A stretch of DNA of 61,121 nucleotides, filler included, from Sphacelaria rigidula (GCA_964200075.2; 8 parts of 8 records of this genome joined end to end with filler, not necessarily neighbours in it), one strand, 5' to 3'. Positions 38,491 through 52,472 are shown, counted from the first letter of the whole stretch. Translations and numbers: made by a program. The notes: generated by a model not told the origin, from the letters alone.

Positions 38491-40659
38491 GTATTTTTGG
38501 ATTATTAATTTTGAAAAAAGGGAGCACAACATATGTGGAGGATACATCTTTACAGTGACATATCAGAGACCGATGCCACACATGTATGCAGACCCAGCGC
38601 AAGCAGGGTCAAGGTAGGAACGTTCCGAAAGGACTAGATTACCGAGGACCCTGTAATGCTGACGTAACTAGACAACTTGGGGTGATGCCAGGAAGAGCCT
38701 AATATAGGACGGTCCAACATCCCCCAAGGTCTGGGTCGCCTCTGGCGCCCACTTCTCGTCTGACCCCACNNNNNNNNNNCGGAGTTTCTTCGCCATCAGG
38801 ACGGCAGTCTCCCCCCGTAGGTCTCTGACTACTCTAGCGATACGCCCTCCTTGCACTGGCGACACCAGAACAGAACTCAAACAAGACAGGCCTTAGAAGT
38901 AAAAAATTGGAACCAGAGCCGACTGCTCCCCGACACCGGAAATACTAGGGTCCCCCAAGGAACGCTACTCCAGGTGAAACGTATGGGTCATGTGCTTAAC
39001 TATTCGAGTTGGGAGGTTATTGGAGTCATGTGTTTGGATCAACGCGAAATTAGCCCCCTCGATGTGCATTTATATGTCACCCGCATGACTAATCAAAGAG
39101 CGAGACGCGAGTTTAGACTCCTCAGGGTGCAGTATATTATGTCACCTGTACGGCTAGTCAAACAGCGAGAACGCGAAATTAGTTTCTTCAGTGGGCATTA
39201 TATGTCACCAGAATGGCTGATTGAATAGCGAATCGAGAATCAACCAACCTTCCACCACCATCGCACGAAAGGCACGGCAGTTAACCAAGCAGATCGACCT
39301 CTGGAAACGCAGTGACTCGAAATAGCATCAACAAATAAATTACCCAACCTGCGAATGCACGACCTTGTCATTCCCTACCATGTAGCGAGCGAAAGAAAGA
39401 GGTGTATCGGACGATCTTACAGCATCCCAGTCCATAGGCTAAAGAAGTGAAAAGTACAGACCGTTCAAGGTCCCACACCTCACCACACATGAAATGTAGG
39501 AAGTCTCAACCGTCTGGTGAAGAGAACGTATCGGAGGAATACGGGTTTCTCGGTCAGTACAATAACTCATTCCTCCAGAAGGGCACCAAACAGCCCTCAG
39601 TTGTGGTGTGAAAGTACATAATAGGAGCAGAAGCTGGAAAGAGCACGATGAGAGTTGGTTCCTAAGCAGCCTTCAGAGCAGCTGAGGGAAAAATAATACA
39701 CTACACGAAGGGCCATCATCAAACATGTAGCTCAACTTGTTGAGGCTCTCAAGTATGTCACATTCTGCGCCGTACCCGAATGGATCGGCAAAGTTACATC
39801 CCGTTGTAAGCAGGGACTGTGGATTCCAAATCGAAACAGCAGTCTTCCTTTTTTTTAACCCGATCTTAGACGATCACTGTTATGACTCATACAACGCATC
39901 ACCGCTCGCCAGGTATACAGATTCGCCCCTATAGTAGCGCTATCCTGTGCATCAGCCGCGTTAGAGTCGCAGACAGAGTAAACGGTACCCTCGCTGAAAC
40001 AAATCACAATCGATTCCGCAGCAGATGTACCGTGTATCAGCAAAAGTTCATAGATGAACATCAGACCATCATGGCAGCTGATGATGATAAAAAAGACCAG
40101 TACCGCCAAGACCTATCGATCTCAGAAGCGCGGACGCGGTTCCCCCATGAAAAATCCTGGGGTTCATTCATTTCGAGCTTACGTTGGGATAAAAACCCTG
40201 CCAACAGAAACGTTTGTATTATCTCATCTGGGACCGGGTTGTCGACTACTGGATAGCTCCAGGGTGAGTGCTTTCAAAGCTATAGTCTATACTCGACTGG
40301 TAGACGGAAGAACGAACATTCCGTTATTCCCGTATAAAAATCAAAACATCGCATCGAAAACAACAAGACTCACAAAATACAACACACCGAAACAACACAC
40401 TGTTTTATAGTCGGTGTGAAATATTCTAAACCCTGTTCGAGTTCCTCACAACAAATGCAGTGTGCCACTACAAAGTGAAATGGCAGTACTAGTTGGAACG
40501 GGAAATACCCCGTGAACAACAACAACAGCTGTCGTAGAACCGCGCATAATAACAGAGGAAGACAGTTGATCGTCCGATGTACCTCAAGCACTCACGCGCA
40601 TCAGTGCTTTAAGAACAGCACGCACGTAGTCCACGAATAAAACGGAATGGTACAAATCG

Positions 40660-41500
40660 TCAAACGGTCGAGTCCACATGTAAGTCACGGGAAAACTTTA
40701 TGATAATGATGAGAGACAAGAACGGAGAAACTTCATGTTATTCCGGATATGCGCACGCCATGTCAGGGTTGCCAACGCCGGGAAAACGGTCCACAACCGG
40801 CCAACATTTGCCGATGGCACACGTTACGGTAGGGCGGCTATACGAAAGAGCGCCGGAAACCCAGTTGAATGAAAAACAAGTTCGATATCAAAAGGTGGAG
40901 TACTAAATATGTACTGTCCGTATTGGACCACCTCGCAAGGTATGCTTTGCTCATTCCGGTGCCGAAAAAACAGACCACATCAATACAGCCAAACTATAAT
41001 TGACAGAGTCTTTACTGCATTTGGCATCCCGGGATAAAATCTTTCCCGGTGTTCATACACAGTCAAAAGGTATTCTTGTACCCACCATACCAGGACTCAG
41101 GAAGGCCGAAACCGATACTCCAATTTACATTGAGAGGACCTTTCATGGTAACCGAGAGACGACCGCCGGTTGGGTACATAATCAAAATAGGCGACGACTC
41201 TAAAGAAATGTCAGTACATCCCGCTCACTTGAAGAAATATCAACCGCGGGAAACACCACCCGCATCAGATGTCGATAAATCGAGCGAGTTGTCCCTAGAC
41301 TAACAGATACCTCTACCAGAGAGACCAACCACACGAAAAGTTGCCTACAATATAATGTTACGCTGCCAAAACAATGGTAGGTCACGCGCCAGATCCAGGT
41401 CGGAGAAGTCGTTACAACGATCAATATCTGTTGAGACTCCAGGGCTATAGCCCAGCGGCTGACGTGACCTACCGTAGAATTGCTCAGCACCGGACTTTGA
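40660..41500 (+). pseudogene. Decayed Ty3/Gypsy integrase with GPY/F motif and chromodomain-like tail
   Basis: Pieces across frames: CQGCQRR, KYVLSVLDHLARYALLIPVP, IDRVFTAFGIP, RGPFMVTE...SVHPAHLKKY and QYLLRLQGYSPAADVTY; many frameshifts and an internal deletion. Confidence 0.75.
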
Positions 41501-41514
41501 CATAGTGTTAGCTG

Positions 41515-42570
41515 AATGTTCACATCCGGACTCGGAATCCAAAGCTACAGGGAAACGGAAACGGATGTGACTGTTTAACAGACTGTTCGAGCGTCTTAGC
41601 AAAATACTTCAGGGTTGAGCAGTAACCTGAAGTCAAAATTCGGAGATTAATGAGACTCAAACGATACAGCCCAGCAGCTGATATAGCCTATCGAGCTGAC
41701 GAAACATCACAAAGTAGGCACATCCTCGATTATACCGTCATGACATCGGGTTAGCAAAGCGCTCACATCCGGAGTCGAAATCCGAAAATACCGGGTAACG
41801 GAAACGGATGTGATAGTTCAACAGACTGTTCGAGCGTCCTAGCAAAACGCTCAACGGTTGAGCAGTAGCCCGGAGTCACAATTCGGAGATCAAGGAGAGT
41901 CACAAGAGAAGAAAACGAAAAACGACGTGAGAACATTGCAGACATGAACGGAAAAATATCTGACATGTCAAGGGTGACTGGGGTGCAACTTCTCAAGGAA
42001 GATAACCTCTCAGCAATCGGGGGAATGCTGATCATTTTGACGATGTTTGGACAAGAAAGCAAAATGCTCACAGACCGAGAACATCGTATGCACCGCTTTG
42101 TTACTAACACGAGGACGTTGTACTATTTCGGTGCCAGCGGAAGCGAAGGTATCCCAGAACCCGGACATGAAAAAAAAACAGGCGCCCGCGGACTGATCAG
42201 TGTCCCAGTGCCCAGGCATGTAGAAACAGCAGATGCACCCAGCACCAAAGTGCAACGCATCTTGTGGAAATAGATCACATGAGACAAACTTATATGCCAT
42301 AAAATGATACGAAGCGCATAACATGTCGATGTTTCACCAAAGAGCACAATGCTCCCACGATAAGCATCAGACCCACGGCTTTGGCACTAACGCGAGGACT
42401 TTCTCCTATACTCCGGTGTCAGTGGAACCGAAGGCATCCCAGAACCCGGGCAAAAATACCTCAAGCGCCCGTGGACCGGTCGGTGTCCCAATGCCTAGTC
42501 AGGTATACCTAACTGATGCAACCTGCACCAAAGTGTAGAAGCATCCCATGAAAAATGTGTCACATATGAT
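41515..42570 (+). repeat. Two diverged direct duplications downstream of the Gypsy integrase (41520-41660 ~ 41763-41905; 42090-42290 ~ 42370-42570)
   Basis: Paired strings cacatccgga...cggaaacggatgtga...acagactgttcgagcgtc and gaaggyatcccagaacccgg...gcaccaaagtg. Confidence 0.75.
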
Positions 42571-42648
42571 GCAGGTATTTTGTTAGAAAATGAGGCTATG
42601 AAGCCATGCTCTTCAACGCTTCGTATGGTATTGACTTTATATATGTAG

Positions 42649-43626
42649 TGTTAGGATCGCAGGTACCGGTCACGAAGGTTTGGTCTGATGTGGGGGCGTG
42701 TACTGTGGGATAGCAGATGTTATACATGAAGTACTCTTCTCTTCGACCGTGTACCCCGGTGGGTGTTTTGTATCTGTCTTGCCCAAAAGCGGCACCTTGA
42801 ACACTATCCTCTGTCTACACTCCGAAGCAGCCTGTCTGCTTGCTTGGCTTAACTGCCATTGCGTCAACTCTAGCGACCACGATAAAGGGGTTCTGAGTGA
42901 ATCCTTTAACAGGTTTTTTGAGCCTCGATCGTGTTGGTGCTGACGGAGCGGTGGACCTAGGAAGGAAGGGCAGCAGCAAAAGGACAGATCTTTGCTGGAA
43001 AACAACTTGAGTTGAGTCAAAGTAATACGGCACTGTGTGTCTGGCACTACAACAGTGCGTTGTATTACGATTGAGGACGGCACTTACTTTGTGCGCACCT
43101 GGCATCATCGCAGTACGGAGATCGCTGCGGTACGAAGTGATAATTTTAAAAAAAGCGGGATAACCGCAGGTGAACAGGAGTAGCTCTGCATTGTAACTAC
43201 TCTCGACTGGCGCTACAGCAGGGTACCGCAACCTGAACCGAGTAGGGCGTGTGATCTATTCTTTGAGGAGACGACACCAGCGTGCGCAGCACGACGGCTG
43301 ACCTGCGGGAACAGTAACAGTCAGTGGTCGGATCCTTTTTTCGGAAAGAAATGTTTCCGCGCCTACTACAGACGTGCCCAAACGTGTTTGGTGTTCGTGA
43401 CAACTTGTACGCTGTTTTCCGTTCGACAGCTGGACGCATTGAGCGGCGTCACGGGGGGCCGCTGTTGTGGTGGGGGCCATATCTGGACTCGATTCTTTCG
43501 GTGTCTTTTTTTTCGCGACCTCCCTCGACTAGTCAAGCGGCGGTGACCAAGGCCGATTGTGTGGTGGTATCGGAACACGTTATACTATACTCGTTACGTT
43601 AGAGCAAAGCGACGAGGAGGATTATC
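42649..43626 (+). mobile_element. Probable 5' LTR and leader of the Copia element
   Basis: Non-coding ~1 kb upstream of the gag ATG that begins TGTTAG; tggtatcggaac (43565-43576) resembles the iMet PBS TGGTATCAGAGC. No second LTR is available to confirm the boundaries. Confidence 0.35.
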
Positions 43627-45489
43627 ATGGCGGTCAATGAGAGTATTCGTGCGGTACTTAAGTTGTGTTCAAAATTTGATGGCAGAGACAAGGCTAGTTT
43701 CCGAGAGTACCAAGACAAACTGCGGGTGATCCTCTCCCTCCACCATAATGCGGCCGCAGACATTCTGCAGGGGCGGCAGAGACCCGCACGCACAGTAATT
43801 GGTGATGAACCGTCAACCCGTGATACGGCAGCCTCACTGGCTTGGAATCGTGCAAAACAATGACCTGTTCAGCATCTCATTTTTCACCACGGAGAAATCA
43901 GCGAACAATACCGTGAGACGTTTCATGGGGAAAACCCAGGAGGATGACGTTGGTAATGGCCAAGCAGCGTGGGTAGCGCTGCAAGAAAAATATGACGGCA
44001 ACACAAAGGAGGCACGCAGGGAATTCCATGATAAACTCCACAATACGACGATGCAGTCAGGGGACGATCCGGAGGATTTTTCGTTTGTCATGGATGGCTA
44101 CCGCGACCGCCTGGAGGAAATGGGGCAGTCCGTACCTGACGAACGATATGAGGACATTATCCTTCGAGCCCTACCTGCCGAGTACGATAGGATCCGCATC
44201 GCTAGCTGTGAGAGGCGCGATTTTAATTTGTCGGACCTCAGATACATGGTCAGCACCATGTATGCTGACTACCTTTCACGACCTGACGCCACCAACTCGG
44301 TCGCAGGCCGCGGGGTTGCTATGCAGGCTAGTGGACGGAATGATGGCAGTAAAAGAAATCAAGTTACATGCCACCACTGCGGAAAGCAAGGTCATAATAG
44401 GAGAAATTGCCCCGCCCGTGCGACCCGGGCACTGACAGGGGGAAACGGTTTGGACGGGGGAAACCATGGGAATGTAGGCAAGTGGTGCTCTTTCCACAAC
44501 TCAACAACTCACAGCGAAGAAGAGTGCCGTTCCTTACAACAGCGCAACCAGCAGACCGTCAATTTCGCACAATGGTCAGGGTGTCCCCCAGCCACCGGTA
44601 CAGGGGACCATCCTCCCGCCATCTCCTTCAATGCCCTGGAGGCGCCCAAAGCGAACCATCCGCAAGCGGACAAACCTTGGCCTTTCGCTCCAACCAACAA
44701 ACCCGTTGCTTCTTTTGACAGCAGCGGCCTCTTTGGCGCCTTCGAAGGGGCCGACGGAGAAGAGGCCGGGGGTCCGGGGTTCTGGCGCAGAGCTCGCAAC
44801 CTACTGCGGGGGATCAGGGAGAAACTTTCCCCACTAGTGCGCGAGCTGACCGTAACAGCCGTAGTCCACTACATCTGGTTGATGTTCGGGAACTCATTAT
44901 ATCCCCGGGCCACGTCGAACCTCGACGACACCGCTGACACGTTTGGCGAGATCACCGATGCTGATGATGGAACGGCTCTCGCGGCAGGACCTGCTCTTGA
45001 CAAGTGGACTGAGGGTAGCAATAGCCATGTCAGTGTCATCGTAGACAGTGGTGCGTCGAGACATTATTTCGACGATACCCTCGCCCCGGGGCTACGGTAT
45101 AAACTCCACAACTACCAAGAACTGGCGACCCCGCGTACAATCACCACCGCAGGGGGCATCACCTGGCAGGGGTTGGTGAAGGACTGCTCCGCGGCCACAT
45201 CCAAGACGGCGAAGGGGTCAAACGCCTGGTTCAGATTTCGTGTTTGGTCGTGCCTGGGTTGGGGCGGAACTTGTTCTCCGTCAAACAAGCGACTCGAAAT
45301 GGTGTTGTGTCTATTTTCGACATAAACAACCCAAGACTGGAGACGAACAACTTCACCGTTCCGCTCCAGGAACTGGAGAGCGACCTGTATTTCTTCTCTC
45401 TGGAACTAAGCAGCAGAAACAACGCATCTGGACTGGCTTTGCAAGCTGCAGATGCCGCCACGCTGTGGCATCGGAGGATGGGACACTTA
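43627..45489 (+). pseudogene. Ty1/Copia gag-pol 5' part (gag, zinc knuckle, aspartic protease, GAG-pre-integrase), frameshifted and truncated
   Basis: gag AWVALQEKY...ILRALPAEYD; knuckle CHHCGKQGHNRRNC; second motif WCSFHNSTTHSEEEC; protease IVDSGASRHYF; VPGLGRNLFSV; LWHRRMGHL. Frameshifts near 43855 and 45157; homology stops before the integrase core. Confidence 0.92.
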
Positions 45490-45724
45490 GTGTATCTATG
45501 AGATTTGTACAGCCTGTGCTGTTAGAAATATCCATAGCATGCGCGTGCTTCAAAAACAATCCAGAGGATTTCGACACAGACGTTCGAGGGAGAACCCAAC
45601 CTTGAAAACCTTCAAGAGAATTACAAATGCCCAATATCCTCCAGAGGGCATTTGAAAAACGGACGCTAGGGAGGGTTTCGTTTTACAAAATTCTCTACAG
45701 GTAGCCGAATGGGCGCATGTGAGG

Positions 45725-45818
45725 GGGCTTCGATTCCCGGAGCGGTCTGGAATTTTTTTCCACACCATGCCCAACAGTGGAGAGTGACTGTGTCGTGGGT
45801 ACACAAAATTCGACTCAA
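45725..45818 (+). mobile_element. SINE family 1 fragment at contig end
   Basis: ttcgattcccggagcggtctggaattttttt...atgcccaacagtggagag...acacaaaattcgactcaa matches the family. Confidence 0.75.
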
Positions 45819-48800
45819 NNNNNNNNNNNNNNNNNNNNNNNNNNNNNNNNNNNNNNNNNNNNTTAATTAATTAANNNNNNNNNNNNNNNNNNNNNNNNNN
45901 NNNNNNNNNNNNNNNNNNTGCCTTAGTCATTTGACCATTGACCACGCATCCCTTTCGAGACGGAGCACAGGAGGAGGGGGGGGGGGGCTATTTACCTCAA
46001 CTGAAGATAAGGGGGCTGGACTCTTACCACGTTATTACTATTCTAAAACGGGGGATCACATTTTGACACTGCACTGTTGGAACGCTTATTATTGTATATG
46101 CTGTGCGTTTGTGCTAGGAAATGTACCGTTGTAGGGACATAGAGTGTGAGTTTGATCCACCAGACATGATATCGAATTGCTTATCCAACTTGCTGTGTAT
46201 TCGGGGGCTCTGGACAAAGACAGCGATTTCTGTGTGGCTGACAACTACCAAATTCACTTGAAAAGAGAGGCAGCCACTTGCTGCTCTTTTCTATCTACCC
46301 AATTTGACCACATTAAAACCCATATGCCTAAGGTCGACCTCACCTACGGTACCACTCGAGAGACGATTTGGACTTCGATATAGTTCCTTATATACCACTG
46401 TGGGGAGGTGCTCAAGAGGCGTTGCGAAAACATTTACAGGGAATAATGGAGACAGCGTTGTACACCAAGTGGTATGTTTATCTCCAGTCAAGCGAAAACT
46501 GCACTGGTATGTGGTACAAAACTGCACCGCAGGTTATGTCACGTCGACGGGCGATGAAACCAACCAAACTTAATGTCACACGCGCGTGCATTCTCTTAGT
46601 ACCGCAGCGGCGACACGCCAATTGTGCCACACTTGCTCCCCCTCAAATATGAATCAGGGCCATTCCGATGCAGCCAAGGTATGAACCGAGTGCTCTTTGA
46701 ACAAGCCAATAATCAAATGAGGATACGGTAGGCCTTGCTTCAGCCGACACGTCAAATGCGCTACCCTTCACTCGCACAGTCAAGAATTCAACCGGATGAG
46801 TTTTGGCGAAAGTCGAATACATTAATCGGGTACACGTTGACGCAGCGAACACCTTACCTGCGTTACGTTGCCACCTTCGTGCAACCAAGAAATCACTTGG
46901 CCAACATTCATGAACCCAGGCCGCATATTATTTCACTCACAGCTAATAACAACAACAGGCGTACCGTGATCAATCCCAAAGCGCGAAGGGTGTTGAGGAT
47001 GCTGTCTCCCGTCAGCCCGAACACCTTCGACATCCAAGAATTCCGTCGTGGATTCAAACGGCGGCAAATGATTCGCGGCCGTTCCACAACAACATTAAAA
47101 AACGGGCGGGTGGGATCAGGGTCGAGGTTAGGGCCAGATGCTATTGACAACACAACGAGAGACGGTAGTCCTAAGCAATTGGACGTTGCCAATAGCGCAC
47201 GTTCTTCACCAGACTCCGGCGTGTCTACGCAAACACGTTCCCATTTATACTCTTCTAGTTCTCGTACACAACGGAAGGAGAGCTAGCTCATTGTCTCTGA
47301 CTTAAATGCATGACACTGGTGTCTACAAGCCGATTGTATTCGATAAAATTTGGGATGTAGACTTTGGTGTCAGTCCATTGGGGTCCGAGACAGTGAGCTC
47401 TCAATCAACCAGCAATCGAAAAAATAAGTGACGAGTAGAGGTCTGTTGACGCAAACAGATGTCTTTGTCGCTAGAAACCATTTATATTCGTTGACGAATT
47501 TCAAGCTTGGCTCAGAAGTTTCGCTCGCCGCCGTCTGTGGGAGATGGCAATACCAAATGTGTATAACCGGAGAGGGTAGGATGAAGTCGATACAATGGGC
47601 ACTAAGCCAAAACCTCAACGTTGCGAGGGATTCTAATATCCCTCCTATTTTCCCATTTTTCAACCGGAAAGATCTCCGCTTGCAACCGGATGGAGTCGCA
47701 TCAACGATTTGTCATGTTCCATCCACGGTGTTATTCGGAAGCTTCCGTGTGCGTTTCTTTTTCCACAGGCACGAGTTCCTGTGTCATGAAACGCTAGCTC
47801 AGATAGTTGTTTGGGAAGCGGACAGTTTGCCCATCGAACCAGTGAGCGCTCCCTCAACAAAAGATATGCTGTGTGGTCCATCTCGGCATGACACTTTTTC
47901 AGTGATCTTCGGAGGTCCTTGCCCCTTGCAAGCCCCACTGTTTACACGCCAAATGTTCCTTCCATAATCGATGATGCCAGGACTCAAACCGCATATATTG
48001 TGCCCATGGTGCTGACAGTTGATTGATTGATTGATTCATTCATTTGATTGTCGCACTTTATTTGACCCCCAAGGGATCCAGCCGTGGTCACAGAAAAGAC
48101 AGAAGGAGCTTCTTTTGCCGAGCATAGATTACCATGGCACAAAGCACAGCTACACATACGATACATCCCAGTACACACACGGCGCGAGATGGCACCTCAC
48201 CTTCAATCCGGCCGCGTCCAGCATCTTCTTCGACGTAGGCTTGGGCTTACTGAAGGGTCCAAGGCAAAAAACAACAGTCGGGAATGTTCAGATTTTTCTG
48301 AAGGAAATCGAAGACGTACTGTGGCGGGATTTCGACCGGCAGACAACCCGGACCCTGCTTTTCCCAGCTCACACGTTCCCGATCCTCAACAACTCGTTGA
48401 CAAGCGCGAGCGCGCGGTGGTTCATTGTCGGTTCGGGTATCGAAATACCCCGTGACCTCTGAGGGTCCAATAGCTACCCGGTGTTTCTTCGACTGCGAGG
48501 CTGTACGGGTCTTTGCTGCAGGAGGATACACATATGAAGAACCAAAATCACACGCTGGCGTCGGCTCACACGCAACTCAAAATCAGGACCACCTCACAGT
48601 GGAAATGACAAACATCGTTTCAGAGGTGCGCCACAATTCCACGCTCTTGTGTTGACTCGCTGCCCCACGGGGCTTACTCGCAGAGTCAGGACATCCGTTG
48701 AGACGTATTTTTGCATTCCATATATTATGTCGGACGAAAATCAACACGTATTCACAATCATAGCCATTTCTCGAACACCGATTTGATCCTTTTGAGCTCT

Positions 48801-49090
48801 GATGCTTCAAGGATTGAGTTGGCATTGCACCACTGCCATTCGTCTCCACCCCCGGCGCTTTCTCGACAGCGGACACATTTTACGCTAGGGGTCATGACAT
48901 AAATTTCTACATCCCCCCCCCTAGCCGCACACCTTTTGTCCGGACTTCCCTTCGGTCCTCAGCGGAGGGCAACTTGCACATACAGGAGATCACGTTTTTC
49001 ATCATTGCCCCAGGTGCCGACAAAAATAGATGCAACGATACGGCAATCCTCGGGCGAAAACAAGACGTTCATAATCCTGAAGCTAGTATC

Positions 49091-49142
49091 ATTGCTTTGC
49101 TTTGCTTTGTTTGCTTTGCTTTGCTTTGCTTTGCTTTGCTTT
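49091..49142 (+). repeat. (TTGCT)n microsatellite
   Basis: About ten pentamer units. Confidence 0.9.
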
Positions 49143-49959
49143 TACCCCCACCTGCCATTGCCGCTCTTGACTTTTTCCTCATGGTCTTGTCGCAATTTCG
49201 CGTACACCTTAGATATACACGCATGAATACACACGCCAGGAGGAGATGACAATACAGTAGAGGTGAGAGCGAATCTTCGAGGTATTGGAATGACGGGTCG
49301 AAACAATTATACTTAGAGGTTAGGCTTGTACGGCCTCTGGACAAGGCAGGAGGGTGAACGTTTTGCGGTAAGCTAGTGCTTGTACATCCAACATGCCAAC
49401 ATACAGACGGCCAAAACAAACAAGAGGTACAACGATCAACCAACGAAAATGGACAAAGTAAGTCATGAATAATACAGGCAAGGTAACGTGTGATTCGTAC
49501 GAATCGTCGAGACGAAAAGGCAATATTTCCTCGGGGTCAAAACATTTCTAACAACAATAACAACAACAACAACAACCATGGATTATGACAACGAAAGGCT
49601 TCCGCAAAATTGTGCGTGCTAGACGGACATGCGATACAAGATACTAAACACAGGAATACACCTTGTCGTATTTCCAACGAATCCTTACACTACGGACAAC
49701 ACAGGCGTAACACACAGAACATGTGTCCATCTCTCAAAATACACGTCCATGGCAAAAATCACCAAAGTGCTCGCCCAGGAAAGCATCGTTTTTTCATAGA
49801 ATCGATGGAGATACGCCACTTTATTCCACTACATACTGGAGGTTTGCAGACATATGGAGGCAGCAGCAAAAACGTATCATACGCCGCAAACATCGCAGGA
49901 GGACTGCAGTGAATCCGAGAACAGCAACACATGTGCATGACGTCGGGAGCACACAAAAA

Positions 49960-51323
49960 TCCACGCTTCGAACGAATCGTCGTCGGTTCGAATAACCAAA
50001 TCTACGATTTTTCGGCCCTGATTGCTCGAAAGAGAGAAAAAAATGATCACAGGCCAAAGAGGTCTCCACGCAATGTTTGCGCCATTCCACGAGCCTGGGC
50101 GGCGCGTTCCTGGCATACAACGCAGAAAACAAAGCCTAAGAATTGATTCGTAGGGTACGAATCAATTACACTAAAATCAAGTCATTTCTCGACGAATCAT
50201 TTATTCTTCCGACCCTTGCAAAAACACATTTTGATATGTATAACGCCCAACATCGCCAACCCCTACCTTGCGCACATCTCCCAGCTTGCATCGTCCCCGT
50301 GTACTGACAGGGACCTCCATGAAGTCTTCTTCGGAGCTTATCACCAAGCCATTTTAGAGTGAGGTTGACGGCGACACCCAGTGAGGTTGAAGGCGACACA
50401 GTGAAAGCATCAAGTCACAGGGGGCGGGGGCGGCACGGTGACGGGGACATAATCCATAGGATTTTTTTCCAGAAGCGTTGAAAAGCTCTCATTCTGACGC
50501 TGGTACCTCACGATGTAGATGCAGGAGTGACCAAAAAGCGTGGGGAACGATACGAGAGCCAGGAACTCCACACATTGCTGTTGAAATCAATCAATCTGCA
50601 CACAACTCAGAATAGAGCGTATTGCGAAGCTAAACAAGAGTTTCCTCCTGATGTCGATTGACCGACGTCACTGTAAGCCCTTCCCCGCCCCCCTCCTTTC
50701 GTGTATCGGGAGTACTGTTGGTAGCTGCTCAGGTATCGAAGTAGCAGCCGAGCTTTTACATACATTGCGACTCGCGGCTCGTACAAAAATCTGTCAATTA
50801 TGCCAATACAGCACAACAAAATGGTCATCTATGATAAACCCTGGAGTGCGCATACCTGCTTCTGGGGACGAGGAAAAAACTTCGCGTGCGTGTGTAGACG
50901 CTATGATCACGCTAGCATATGGTGCAAGGTGTGCGTTTACATTGGACATGTGCCAGTATGTATGTATGGACGTTGCCTCGGTAGCTGAATTCTGTCGGCT
51001 TGCGGTCTGCAGCTTGCCCCTGCTCTCTTTCCCTGCCCTCATCAAAGGGCCACAATTTCACGGTTCGGACGAATCATCACCGGTTCGAATCACCAATTCC
51101 ACGATTTTTTAGGCCTGATTGATCGAAGGAGATGAAAAAAAAAAGTCGACCGCTAGTCAAAGAGGTCTCCACGCAACTGTTGCGCCATCCCACGTGCCTG
51201 GGCTGAGCGTACCTGGCTTGCAACGCTGAAAACGAAGCGTATGGATTGATCCGTACCGTACGAATCATTCACACTAAAATCAAGTGATTTCCGGACGAAT
51301 CATTCATTCGTCCGACCCTCGCA
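49960..51323 (+). repeat. Two direct ~260-bp copies (49960-50220 and 51058-51323)
   Basis: Shared cggttcgaat, aaagaggtctccacgca, gtacgaatca...cactaaaatcaagt and ccgaccct. Confidence 0.8.
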
Positions 51324-52339
51324 CGAATTGGTGTACTTGTTCGTGAAAGGAACGTAACCGGCCTACAATATGTACAGTAGCTACTGAAGAACACCGCTGG
51401 TCATATATCCATAATAGATGGCCCTAGGGACGTTGTATGGATATATTATGTGATATTAACCCTGAGGCTGAGAGCCTCGCCTCCGAACAGTTTCACCGGC
51501 TCACAGTCCTGAGGCATCCAGGGATGTCCAGAGGGCAGAGGGGTGGTTTCTGATGGGGGGTGGCTGCCTGTTCCTAGAACAACCGAAAAGCTCACAAAGT
51601 CAACCATGCGCGTGTGGAAGTTTCCAGATTGATTGATTGAGTGATTGTCGCACATTAACTGATCCCCCAGGGATCCGACCATGGTCACATGATAGACACA
51701 CCTAAGACGAAACGGAACAGAAACACTCGCTGAGAAAGAAAAAAAAGCAGAAAAAGTCGAGCAGAAGGACATCTAATAGTAGACTAACACGGAAACCAGA
51801 AGAAAATTTCAAGTCGGGAGGGAAGCCCGAAAGGAGGGGAGTCACCATTATGATCGTTGTGATTGGTCTATTCGGTCACTTTGTTCACCTACAAATGACC
51901 TAAACATGACCTTCGTCGCAGCGCAGCTGTATTCGATCAGTTGGGTAACGATCACTCAATCATGGAAGAACACGGGCAAAGGACGTTCTTTTTGCTCTAC
52001 TCGTAGCCTTCGACTCTTGCCTGGACCCTCTTGCGCCCTCACCATAGCTCAACACTGTCTGTAGGGTTGCCGTGGAACACTAGACAAAGGTAGCAACAGC
52101 ATGCAGAGGACTGTGTTTAGTGGGGAGCGATGACACGCTGAGAGTTTGATACCGTTGCACTGAGCCGCTGATATTAATGAGTTCGCATGTACGGCTGTAG
52201 AGTAGCAGCAGAAGCAGCAGAAGTACTTCAGATGAAGTAAAAAAGAGGGTACAGGTGAGACAGTGCGACATGAGTGCAAGGTCAACAACGCTCGAGGTGT
52301 GCCAGCCCTTCCCCGAAAGTACCAGAATTATTTTTTCAT

Positions 52340-52472
52340 CATGATTTTATTTGTTTTTCATTTGTCGCACTTTAAACCTCTCCCCTCCCTCGGGACGAGT
52401 CCGTGGTCTAACAGTCTCAAGGGATCAACCCATCTCTTCCCGGTAAAAGCCTTGCATTTTGCTCTCGCGGAT
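52340..52472 (-). mobile_element. SINE family 2, 3' portion
   Basis: The reverse complement ccgcgagagcaaaatgcaaggcttttaccgggaagagatggg...ctcgtcccgagggaggggagaggtttaaagtgcgacaaatg aligns with 55735-55820. Confidence 0.7.

Noticed and set aside
39860..40350. Gypsy protease/RT remnant upstream of the integrase
   Set aside because: The position fits, but no RT motif (YxDD, LPxI) is convincingly readable.
46900..48480. Minus-strand exons of an unknown gene
   Set aside because: There are coding-like patches with GT donors, but they are interrupted by stops and have no identifiable motif.
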